NCBI GenBank assembly: GCA_947459155.1
Contig: CANHCM010000002.1
Location: 1 to 46,116 of the forward strand
Reading direction: 5' to 3'
Origin: Bacteroidota bacterium
Lineage (GTDB): Bacteria > Bacteroidota > Bacteroidia > M30B66
DNA length: 46,116 nt
Of the stretch, positions 19,046 through 27,699 are shown piece by piece (within the stretch, counting starts at the first letter, position 1; each line of letters starts with the position of its first letter). A program made the translations under genes and the position numbers. The notes beneath the pieces were generated by a model, which was given only the letters and a program-made list of their open reading frames with translations, had not been told where the DNA came from and made no database searches.

Positions 19046-20236
19046 ATGATACCGTACGGAAAACAACAGATTACACCCGACGACATCCAAGCAGTTGTTG
19101 AGACGCTACAATCTGATTTTCTCACGCAAGGCCCAAAAATCGCCGAGTTTGAATCTGCTTTCGCACAGTATATCGGGTGTAAATATGCCGTTGCCCTGGC
19201 CAATGGAACGGCGGCTCTTCACCTTTGTGCACTCGCACTGGATTTAAAACCCGGAAATAAAGTAATTACCTCTCCAATTACTTTCGCAGCTTCGGCTAAT
19301 TGCGTCCGTTATTGTGGAGCTGATGTGGTTTTTGCAGATATAGACCCGGATACATATCTTCTCGATATCAATAAGGTCAGGGCTTTATTGGAGGCTTCGC
19401 CCAAAGGTACTTATCAAGGCATCATTCCGGTAGATTTTGCCGGAAGAGCTGTCAATCTGGAAGAGTTTCGAAAACTTGCAGATGAATTCGACTGCTGGAT
19501 AATCGAAGATGCCTGTCATGCCCCGGGTGGTTTTTTTGAGGGTTCAAATGGAGCTAAACAAAACTGCGGAAATGGCAATTATGCCGACCTCGCCATTTTC
19601 TCCTTCCACCCTGTTAAGCACATTGCCTGTGGCGAAGGTGGAATGATTACTACCAACGATGAAGCCTTATACAAAAAGCTTCTGAAGCTTAGGACGCATG
19701 GAATCACACGCGAATCAGGCTTGTTTACCAATGCTCTCGACCTTGCATATGGATCTGAATCCGATAATACAGCCTATCCGGGTTGGTACATGGAAATGCA
19801 AGAGCTTGGCTTTAATTACCGACTCACCGACTTCCAAGCAGCACTTGGGTTATCACAATTAAATCGCGCTGATCAAGGTTTAGCACGACGTATCGAAATC
19901 GCACAGAAATATTCGAGTGTATTTGAAAAAGAAAGGGCCATTATTTCTCATTCTGGCCTTGTAAATGGCCACGCATATCACTTATATGTAATTTGCGTGG
20001 AGAAACGTGCGGAGTTATACAGTTATTTGCGATCGAAGCAGATTTTTTGCCAAGTCCATTACATACCTGTTCATCTACACCCCTACTATCAATCTTTTGG
20101 ATGGAAACAAGGCGATTTCCCCAATGCAGAGAATTATTACCGCAATTGCCTAAGTTTACCTATGTTTCCAACCCTCACTGATGAGGAGCAGGAGTTTGTG
20201 ATTAAAGAAATTAAATCATTCCTAAATCAGGCTTAA
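19046..20236 (+). CDS. pseC: UDP-4-amino-4,6-dideoxy-N-acetyl-beta-L-altrosamine transaminase (PseC, DegT/DnrJ/EryC1 family)
   Basis: 396 aa with IPYGKQ.I, LTQGP, and SFHPVKHI holding the PLP lysine, plus FNYRLTD.QAALGLSQL. It is adjacent to pseB. Confidence 0.85.
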   Translation: MIPYGKQQITPDDIQAVVETLQSDFLTQGPKIAEFESAFAQYIGCKYAVALANGTAALHLCALALDLKPGNKVITSPITFAASANCVRYCGADVVFADIDPDTYLLDINKVRALLEASPKGTYQGIIPVDFAGRAVNLEEFRKLADEFDCWIIEDACHAPGGFFEGSNGAKQNCGNGNYADLAIFSFHPVKHIACGEGGMITTNDEALYKKLLKLRTHGITRESGLFTNALDLAYGSESDNTAYPGWYMEMQELGFNYRLTDFQAALGLSQLNRADQGLARRIEIAQKYSSVFEKERAIISHSGLVNGHAYHLYVICVEKRAELYSYLRSKQIFCQVHYIPVHLHPYYQSFGWKQGDFPNAENYYRNCLSLPMFPTLTDEEQEFVIKEIKSFLNQA

Positions 20237-20282
20237 TTCGATTTATTTGACCGATTAAGTTGGCCATAGATGACAATTATTG

Positions 20283-21173
20283 ATGAACCCAATAGTTATC
20301 ATCTCGCCGAATGAAGCACTTTTGAAACTACACTTACCTGTGAGCGGAAAATCTAAATTGGGTCTGGGAACAGTACAGTTCGGTTTAGATTACGGGATTA
20401 GTAACGAACAAGGAAAAACTCCTTTTCAAGAGGTAATCGACATTTTATCTTTTTCCAATGCTCATCATATCAAGGTTCTCGATACCGCCAGCGCATATGG
20501 CGAAAGTGAATCTGTATTGGGCCGGTCTGGTGTTAAGCAGTTCGATATCATCACTAAGTTTCTGGCTAAGTCAGCAGACGAGTGTACTTCTCAAATGGCG
20601 AGCAGTCTGGCGAAATTAAATTGTGATCATGTATATGGTTTTTTATCTCATAACATCTCCCAATTAATCGACAATCCGTCAATTTGGTCAGCAATGCTGG
20701 AGCTCAAAGAGCAGGGAAAAACGAAGAAAATAGGTTTTTCTTTCAATTCGCTATCCGAAATTGAAGATGTGATGAAAGCCGGCTGGATACCAGACTTAAT
20801 TCAGATACCCTTTAACATCTTAGATTATCGATTTATGGATATTGCTAAGTATTTTAAGGCTAAAGGGACAGAGATACACTCGAGATCTGCTTTTTTGCAA
20901 GGGTTGTTTTTCTGTCAACCTCAGAATTTAAGTGATCATTTTAAGGATGTAAAACCTTTTCTACAAGAGCTTCAAAACTACTCGACTAATTTAGCAGGTG
21001 ATTTATTGAAGTATTGCACAGACAATCCGGTCATCGATAAGGTAATCGTAGGCGTTAATAATTTACCACAGCTCAAAGAAATTATTGTGGGACTTGAGAA
21101 TGCGGTTAAACTTGAGCTTGAATGCCCCAAACTTGGGGAGTCAATTTTAGCTCCCTATAATTGGCGATCGTGA
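20283..21173 (+). CDS. Aldo/keto reductase family oxidoreductase
   Basis: About 296 aa with LGLGTVQFGLDYG, DTASAYGESE and IGFS motifs of the AKR TIM barrel. The ATG at 20283 is preferred over the TTG at 20280. Confidence 0.72.
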   Translation: MNPIVIISPNEALLKLHLPVSGKSKLGLGTVQFGLDYGISNEQGKTPFQEVIDILSFSNAHHIKVLDTASAYGESESVLGRSGVKQFDIITKFLAKSADECTSQMASSLAKLNCDHVYGFLSHNISQLIDNPSIWSAMLELKEQGKTKKIGFSFNSLSEIEDVMKAGWIPDLIQIPFNILDYRFMDIAKYFKAKGTEIHSRSAFLQGLFFCQPQNLSDHFKDVKPFLQELQNYSTNLAGDLLKYCTDNPVIDKVIVGVNNLPQLKEIIVGLENAVKLELECPKLGESILAPYNWRS

Positions 21174-21178
21174 CGTTA

Positions 21179-21946
21179 ATGTTTGATTTAACAGGCAAGA
21201 ATGCCATTGTTACCGGAGGATATGGACACCTCGGAGCAGCAATGGTACATGGACTAAGATCGGTGAATGCTCATGTAATTGTTGCAGGAAGAAGCAAAGA
21301 AAAATTTGATCAGATCTTCGGAGCCGATCCACAAATAACATTTATTAAGTGTGACATTACTTCAAGTAATGATATCAATCATTTAATTTCTACTACTGCA
21401 GAACAGTTTGGCTCTGTGGATATTTTAGTGAACAATGCGGCTACGGTGGTAGGGAATAGCATTGAGCGAATGAATGACATGGATTGGGCAGATACACTGG
21501 AAGGGGTATTAGGTTCTGTTCATAAATGCATTAGAGCGGTAATACCCCAAATGAAAAAACAAGGTTCTGGTAAGATTGTCAACATCGCTTCGATGTACGG
21601 TGTAGTAAGTCCTAATTTCGACTTGTATACCGACATTGAAGAATTTACCAATCCTCCCCATTACGGAGCCGCAAAGGCAGCAATTATTCAACTCACCAAG
21701 TATTATGCGGCTCATTTGGGAAAATACAACATTCAGGTAAACGCAATTTCACCCGGTCCATTTCCTACGGAGAATGTTCAGCGTAAAAGTGAGCTGTTTG
21801 TCAGTAGATTGGCCGATAAAACGATGCTTAAACGCATTGGTGTACCTGAAAACATTATGGGACCAGTTGTTTTATTAAGCAGCAGTGCTTCAGATTTTAT
21901 AACAGGTCACAATTTAATTGTGGATGGAGGCTGGACAGCCTGGTAA
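21179..21946 (+). CDS. Short-chain dehydrogenase/reductase (SDR)
   Basis: NAIVTGGYGHLGAAM (TGxxxGxG-like), NNAA, and the catalytic YGAAKAA (YxxxK). I chose the ATG at 21179, because the track TTG at 21161 overlaps the AKR end. Confidence 0.85.
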   Translation: MFDLTGKNAIVTGGYGHLGAAMVHGLRSVNAHVIVAGRSKEKFDQIFGADPQITFIKCDITSSNDINHLISTTAEQFGSVDILVNNAATVVGNSIERMNDMDWADTLEGVLGSVHKCIRAVIPQMKKQGSGKIVNIASMYGVVSPNFDLYTDIEEFTNPPHYGAAKAAIIQLTKYYAAHLGKYNIQVNAISPGPFPTENVQRKSELFVSRLADKTMLKRIGVPENIMGPVVLLSSSASDFITGHNLIVDGGWTAW

Positions 21947-21949
21947 GTA

Positions 21950-22786
21950 ATGAAGATAGGAGCTATTATTCAAGCACGATTTGGGTCAAGTCGACTCCCT
22001 GGAAAAGTGCTCATGCCTTTGCCATTTCAAAATGGTAAACCTCTGCTCAAACATATTACAGATCGGATTAAAACCTCCAGATTAATTAATTATATCGGAA
22101 TAGCATCCTCCGAAAGAGAGGATAATCAGGCCATAGAGCAATTTGCTATACAAGAACAAGTGGATTGTTTTCGCGGCAGCGAAGAGAATGTTCTGAGTCG
22201 CTTTATTGCAATCATCAAAAAAGAGAAATTAGACTATGTAGTTAGGCTTACTGGAGATAACCCTTTAGTGGTAATGAATGAAATCGATCAGGCAATTGAG
22301 TATCACGTTCAAAACCAGTTTGAGTATACAAAATCGTCGGGTCTACCTCTGGGTTTGAACTTTGAAATAATTACGGCGGCTTCACTTTTAGCCTTAGAAA
22401 ATAAAAAACTCGAGAGGGAAGATTATGAGCATGTTACAATTTATTTTTCCAAAGCCACTCATGTAAATAAAGGATTGATTCAATTTGAACTCTCCAATGT
22501 GTCAAATGTTCGGTGCACAATTGACTATCCTTCTGATTTTGCAATGATGAACATGCTGATGCAAAGTATCGACCTTCAGAACCGAGATATTCTCAGTGAG
22601 TTAAGAAGAATCAGTGTTCATTCACCTTGGATCTTTGCAATAAATAGCGGAAACTTCCAGAAGAAACAATACAAGAATTTGAAAGAGGAGTTTGAAGACC
22701 TTAAGCTTATTTTGAAAGAGAATGAATTCAATTACACGTTAGATTTTCTATCAAAAAAATTTAATTCGACTGTAGCGGATAAATAA
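21950..22786 (+). CDS. SpsF-type cytidylyltransferase (CTP_transf_3), candidate CMP-nonulosonate synthetase
   Basis: MKIGAIIQARFGSSRLPGKVLMPL and RLTGDNPL are signatures of SpsF-like cytidylyltransferases. The gene lies inside the Pse module. It is not the NeuA-like canonical PseF type. Confidence 0.72.
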   Translation: MKIGAIIQARFGSSRLPGKVLMPLPFQNGKPLLKHITDRIKTSRLINYIGIASSEREDNQAIEQFAIQEQVDCFRGSEENVLSRFIAIIKKEKLDYVVRLTGDNPLVVMNEIDQAIEYHVQNQFEYTKSSGLPLGLNFEIITAASLLALENKKLEREDYEHVTIYFSKATHVNKGLIQFELSNVSNVRCTIDYPSDFAMMNMLMQSIDLQNRDILSELRRISVHSPWIFAINSGNFQKKQYKNLKEEFEDLKLILKENEFNYTLDFLSKKFNSTVADK

Positions 22787-22884
22787 AGTAGTCCAGACCT
22801 AAACACTTTGAAACTGTTATTCTCAACGATTTATCATTAAGTACTCCATAAACTTCGTCACTCAAGCCAAATAACGCACTTAAC

Positions 22885-23793
22885 ATGGAAAACAATAACG
22901 CGGTAACAAAAAATGAATTTGGATTTTATCGACTGAATAATATTCCTTCTCAAGAAGAACTTGATGAGTACTATCAAAAGAAGTATTTTCAAGAAGATAG
23001 AGCCATTTATTTTCATGAATATAGTCCGGAGGAGCTACTTTATTTCAGAAATAAAAACGAGCAGAAAGCGATTATCATTGAAAAGCTTTTTTCATCAAAA
23101 AATGAAAAGCCCCGATTGTTGGATGTAGGTTGTGGCGAAGGCTTTACATTGGCTTATTTTCATGAACGTGGCTGGGATGTAAGAGGTGTTGATTACAGCG
23201 AATATGGTTGCAAACAGCACAATCCTGAGATGCTCCCTTTTTTCAGTGCGGGCGACATTTACAAGCAGCTTGATTCTTTGCTTCAAACTCAAACAAAATA
23301 CGATTGTATTTGGTTGGACAATGTTCTTGAGCATGTGATTGATCCTGGTGGTTTGCTTCAAAAGCTAACTGTTTTGGCACATTCCGGAACGATACTTATG
23401 ATTGAAGTGCCAAACGATTTTTCTGTCATACAGAATAAATTGCTGGCTGATGGAAAAATAGACAGACCATTTTGGGTGGTTAGTCCCGACCATTTGTCGT
23501 ATTTTAATCTGGAAGGCTTAACCAACCTGGCTGAGAGCTGCGGATGGGAGAACAAGCACACAATTGCGGATTTTCCGATTGATTTTAACCTGGCAAATCC
23601 GTTTGCCAATTATGTGATGAATCGTGATGTGGGTAAAGGTGCTCACCAACAAAGAATATTTGTTGAGAATATAATGCATTCTGTTTCTCCCGATTTGACA
23701 AACCTTTACTACGCTGCAATGGCGCAATTAGGTCTAGGTCGTCAGCTAATCTCATTTTTAACACTTAAAAACTCAGACGATGAAAGAAATTAA
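22885..23793 (+). CDS. Class I SAM-dependent methyltransferase
   Basis: LLDVGCGEGF (motif I) and YDCIWLDNVLEHV (motif post-II/III). 302 aa. Confidence 0.75.
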   Translation: MENNNAVTKNEFGFYRLNNIPSQEELDEYYQKKYFQEDRAIYFHEYSPEELLYFRNKNEQKAIIIEKLFSSKNEKPRLLDVGCGEGFTLAYFHERGWDVRGVDYSEYGCKQHNPEMLPFFSAGDIYKQLDSLLQTQTKYDCIWLDNVLEHVIDPGGLLQKLTVLAHSGTILMIEVPNDFSVIQNKLLADGKIDRPFWVVSPDHLSYFNLEGLTNLAESCGWENKHTIADFPIDFNLANPFANYVMNRDVGKGAHQQRIFVENIMHSVSPDLTNLYYAAMAQLGLGRQLISFLTLKNSDDERN

Positions 23794-24526
23794 AGTACTA
23801 AGTGGTTCAACAGATGCCGAGAAGTCTAATCGAAACTTCATTGTTGAACAATTAAGAAATACCCCAATTCCCGATTCCGAGCTTGTCTTCAATCTTGGCC
23901 TTTATATGAATCGTCAAAGTTTGTCGAGAATTTTGTTTATGACAGAGTTGTATCGAAAAATTATTGATGTACACGGAGTTGTAATGGAATTTGGCGTGAG
24001 ATGGGGACAGAATCTAGCCCTTTTTTCCTCATTACGCGGAATGTTAGAACCTTTTAATTATAACCGAAAAATTATTGGGTTCGATACATTTCAAGGATTT
24101 CCTTCGGTAGATTCAAAAGATGGTTCAATGGTTTCTGTAGGAGATTATTCCGTTTCTGATAATTATAAGAACATCTTAGAATCCATTCTTGTTTACCATG
24201 AATCGGAAAGTCCGCTTTCTCACAAACGCAAGTTTGAACTTGTTGAGGGTGATGCTACCCTTACTGTTCATGATTATATCAAGAAGAATCCCGAAACAAT
24301 TGTTGCTTTAGCATATTTCGATTTTGATATCTATTCTCCAACAAAAGCATGTCTTGAGGCCATTTTACCAAGACTCACAAAAGGTAGCATTATTGCTTTC
24401 GATGAACTGAATTGTCCGGAATTTCCTGGTGAAACCTTAGCTGTTCTCGAAGTGCTTGGACTTTCAAAGTACGCCATAAAAAGAAGTCCTTTAAATCCTT
24501 TGATATCCTATTTAACAATTGAATGA
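23780..24526 (+). CDS. TylF/MycF-like (macrocin O-methyltransferase family) sugar O-methyltransferase
   Basis: GVVMEFGVRWGQN...IIGFDTFQGFP...FDFDIY...AFDEL matches the TylF-family pattern (vEcGVwrG...FDsFeGlP plus acidic metal ligands). Confidence 0.68.
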   Translation: MKEIKVLSGSTDAEKSNRNFIVEQLRNTPIPDSELVFNLGLYMNRQSLSRILFMTELYRKIIDVHGVVMEFGVRWGQNLALFSSLRGMLEPFNYNRKIIGFDTFQGFPSVDSKDGSMVSVGDYSVSDNYKNILESILVYHESESPLSHKRKFELVEGDATLTVHDYIKKNPETIVALAYFDFDIYSPTKACLEAILPRLTKGSIIAFDELNCPEFPGETLAVLEVLGLSKYAIKRSPLNPLISYLTIE

Positions 24527-25092
24527 TGAAGCGATTAGAGCACTATTCGTGTTTAAAATCAAAGGAATTCCATCATAAAGACTACAGTATTTGCAGTATA
24601 CGCGAACAAGACATCATGTCTATTCGAGTATGGAGAAATCTGCAAATTGATGTCCTTCGGCAAAAATCTTTAATTTCCGAGGAGCAACAGAAGAGATACT
24701 TTGATTCCGTGATTTGGCCCACGTTTGAGCAGGATAATCCTAATCAGATTTTAGTGAGTTTTTTTAAACATGGGGAGTTAATCGGGTATGGCGGTTTAGT
24801 TCATATTTCGTGGGAGGACAAAAGAGCGGAGGTGTCATTTTTAGTAGATCCAGAACGTCACATTCCTGAAATTTATGAGGAGGATTTTAGTGCGTTCCTA
24901 ACATTAGTGGGCAGCATGGCTTTTTCAGACCTTGGGTTTTATCGCATCTTCACGGAAACTTACGATATTCGAGAACTGCATATATCCATTTTAGAGAAAA
25001 ACAATTTTCAACGCGAAGGAATTATGCGTAAACATGTGTTAATCCATGGAGAACGCATTGATTCAATAATTCATGGATGCATAAACGAATAA
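24523..25092 (+). CDS. GNAT N-acetyltransferase, PseH-like
   Basis: 189 aa with an IRVWRN motif near the N-terminus, like PseH (WRN), and a GNAT core (GYGGLVHISWEDKRAEVSFLV...FYRIFTETYD.N). It lies within the Pse module. Substrate assignment is inferred. Confidence 0.6.
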   Translation: MMKRLEHYSCLKSKEFHHKDYSICSIREQDIMSIRVWRNLQIDVLRQKSLISEEQQKRYFDSVIWPTFEQDNPNQILVSFFKHGELIGYGGLVHISWEDKRAEVSFLVDPERHIPEIYEEDFSAFLTLVGSMAFSDLGFYRIFTETYDIRELHISILEKNNFQREGIMRKHVLIHGERIDSIIHGCINE

Positions 25093-25094
25093 CA

Positions 25095-26999
25095 ATGCTG
25101 CAGAATAAAAGAATTTTTGTGAGTGGTGGTGCCGGAGTAATCGGCCAAGAACTTATACCAAAATTACACGCGCTTGGAGCTGTAGTTTTAGTTGGAGATC
25201 TAAAACCTCGTCCAGAGCATTTCGCAGAAGAGGTATTGTATTTTCAGGGCGACCTTAACTACTTGACAAAGGATATTTTAGAAGATTTTTCGCCTAATAT
25301 CTTTATTCACCTTGCCGCTACTTTTGAAAGATCTACGGAATCTTATTCATTTTGGGAAGAGAATTTTTGGCACAACGTAAGATTAAGTCATCACCTTGCC
25401 ACATTAGTAAAAGACTTACCTAGCGTTACGAAAGTAATTAACGCCTCCAGTTATTTAATTTATAATCCAGAGCTTTATAGCTTTTCCGAGCCGCAGTCTG
25501 CCCCTTATTCTTTAAAGGAGTCTGATCCAATTTATCCGCGAAATCTCACTGGCATGGCTAAATTGGCTCATGAAATTGAAATTCGTTTTCTTCAAAGTTT
25601 TGCCGGCGAAAGCAAATCATACATTAATGCCAGAATTTACAGAGGATATGGAAAGGGTTCCCGTTGTGTTATTTCGCGCTGGATTCGTTCATTATTAAAT
25701 GGAGAGGAAATAAAAGTTTATCGAAAAGAAGGTATCTTCGATTATATATATGCCGGTGATACAGCCGAGGGGCTAATTCAACTTGCGGCGAGTAAAGAGG
25801 CCTCTGGAATTATTAACTTAGGAACTGGTAAAGCACGCAAAGTTCAGGATGTAGTCGATATTCTTGGTAAGCATTTTCCGGGCATGCGCTATACAGAACA
25901 CGAATCTGATATTCCGTTTGAAGCTTCTCAGGCCGACATTTCACTGCTTAAATCTCTCACTCATTGGGAACCAAAGAATACTCTAGAGAGCGTAATCCCA
26001 GAAATTATTGAGTACGAGCGGGCTCACATTGAACAGGTGACTAATCCACCTGGGAATGTTATGCTTTCCTCTGTTTCGAAGAAAATACCCTTAGCTCAAT
26101 CAATAAAATTCGCGTGCAACAAGCTTGACAAGGATGTATTACTCGTAGGTGCCGATTTAAATGAAAATGCCTTAGGGCGATATTTTTGTGATGATTTTTG
26201 GTGCATGCCAAGAATTAATCACCTCGATATAAAAGACTTAATTGACTATAGTAAGTCAAAAGGCATCAAGGCAATTATTCCAAGCAGAGATATGGAATTG
26301 CCTTATTATGCCAAACATCGAGTAGAACTCCTAAAGAGCGACATAAAGGTAATGGTGTCTAGCCATGAAACGGTAGAGATTTGCTTGGATAAGTTGAAAT
26401 TTTACGAAGAGTTAAGTTCACACAATTTCCCTGTTATCCCAACAAGTTTAAGTTTGCATTCTAAAGACGCCGATCGTTGGGTCGTTAAGGAGCGATTTGG
26501 TTCCGGCTCTGCAGGATTAGCCGTTAATGTAGCTGAAGCGGAAGCTTTGGCTTTTGCTGAAAATCTTGAAAATCCGATTTTCCAGCCATTTATTCAGGGC
26601 GTTGAATACAGTGTTGATGCTTATGTTACCAAGTCTGGGAAAGTAAAGGGAATCGTATGTCGAACAAGAGATTTAGTGGTGGGTGGTGAATCTCAGATTA
26701 CTTCAACTGTAAGTAATCCAGAAATTGAAACTTTGATTGAGTCCATTTTAGGGAATTATGGTTTTTATGGCCATGTGGTTTTTCAATTAATTGAGACGTC
26801 CGATAAGAAACTTCACATTATTGAATGTAATCCGAGGTTTGGTGGTGCTTCTACGCTTTCGATAGCCGTTGGATTAGATTCGTTTTATTGGTTTTTACTG
26901 GAATCGATTGGACAGAATGTAGATAAATATCCATTTAATAAAGGGTATTCACATAAAAGGCTGGTGCGTTATGCTTCTGATATTTTTGTAAAAATCTGA
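25095..26999 (+). CDS. Fusion protein: N-terminal NAD-dependent epimerase/dehydratase-like Rossmann domain plus C-terminal ATP-grasp ligase domain
   Basis: The N-terminus has IFVSGGAGVIGQE and a YxxxK-like segment (LTGMAKLAHE). The C-terminal half has WVVKERFGSGSAGLAV and IIECNPRFGGAS, typical of ATP-grasp enzymes. It is a single 634-codon frame with no internal stop. Confidence 0.75.
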   Translation: MLQNKRIFVSGGAGVIGQELIPKLHALGAVVLVGDLKPRPEHFAEEVLYFQGDLNYLTKDILEDFSPNIFIHLAATFERSTESYSFWEENFWHNVRLSHHLATLVKDLPSVTKVINASSYLIYNPELYSFSEPQSAPYSLKESDPIYPRNLTGMAKLAHEIEIRFLQSFAGESKSYINARIYRGYGKGSRCVISRWIRSLLNGEEIKVYRKEGIFDYIYAGDTAEGLIQLAASKEASGIINLGTGKARKVQDVVDILGKHFPGMRYTEHESDIPFEASQADISLLKSLTHWEPKNTLESVIPEIIEYERAHIEQVTNPPGNVMLSSVSKKIPLAQSIKFACNKLDKDVLLVGADLNENALGRYFCDDFWCMPRINHLDIKDLIDYSKSKGIKAIIPSRDMELPYYAKHRVELLKSDIKVMVSSHETVEICLDKLKFYEELSSHNFPVIPTSLSLHSKDADRWVVKERFGSGSAGLAVNVAEAEALAFAENLENPIFQPFIQGVEYSVDAYVTKSGKVKGIVCRTRDLVVGGESQITSTVSNPEIETLIESILGNYGFYGHVVFQLIETSDKKLHIIECNPRFGGASTLSIAVGLDSFYWFLLESIGQNVDKYPFNKGYSHKRLVRYASDIFVKI

Positions 27000-27000
27000 A

Positions 27001-27699
27001 ATGAAGTACGGCGCAGTTATTTTCGATTTAGATGATACTCTTTACAGTGAAGCCACTTTTGTAGAGAGTGGTTTTCTAGAAGTTTCGAAATTCCTTGCGA
27101 GTGTTTCTGATTTGGCTGTTGGGGTTGATGAAATTTATGGAAAGATGCTAGATTCTTTGCGTCTTCACGGAAGAGGAAAGGTATTTAATGATGTGTTGGA
27201 ATGGCTTCAACTTAATGTTCAGGAATATCTTCATACCCTCATTTACATCTATCGAAATCATTCTCCTAGAAATATCAGTCTCGATAGCGAGATGAAAGAA
27301 CTATTGATAGATCTTAAAAATCATCAATTAAGGATTGGTATCGTAACAGACGGTACATACGTGACTCAGCGAAACAAGACGGATATTCTTTTTCATGATT
27401 TAATTCTGGATTGTATTATCCACACAGATTCTCTCGGAGAGCACCATTGGAAGCCATCGACTGAGCCTTTTAAGGTGGCGTCAAAACTTCTTGGTGTTAA
27501 TCCTAATCAAGCAGTATACATTGGAGATAATCCGGTTAAAGATTTTAAGGGGCCAAGATGTATTGGCATGCATGCAGTTTGGTGGAATCCTTATCATAAG
27601 TCATTTAATTTTTCAGATGAATTAAGTAAGCCTGATTTTATTGTAAGCAATATTCAAATGCTTCGAAAACACTTAATTGGAAGTCAAGATGATCAATGA
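27001..27699 (+). CDS. HAD-superfamily hydrolase (subfamily IA-like)
   Basis: Motif I VIFDLDDTLY (DxDxT), motif II IVTDG, and motif III/IV K...YIGDNPVKD. Confidence 0.8.
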   Translation: MKYGAVIFDLDDTLYSEATFVESGFLEVSKFLASVSDLAVGVDEIYGKMLDSLRLHGRGKVFNDVLEWLQLNVQEYLHTLIYIYRNHSPRNISLDSEMKELLIDLKNHQLRIGIVTDGTYVTQRNKTDILFHDLILDCIIHTDSLGEHHWKPSTEPFKVASKLLGVNPNQAVYIGDNPVKDFKGPRCIGMHAVWWNPYHKSFNFSDELSKPDFIVSNIQMLRKHLIGSQDDQ

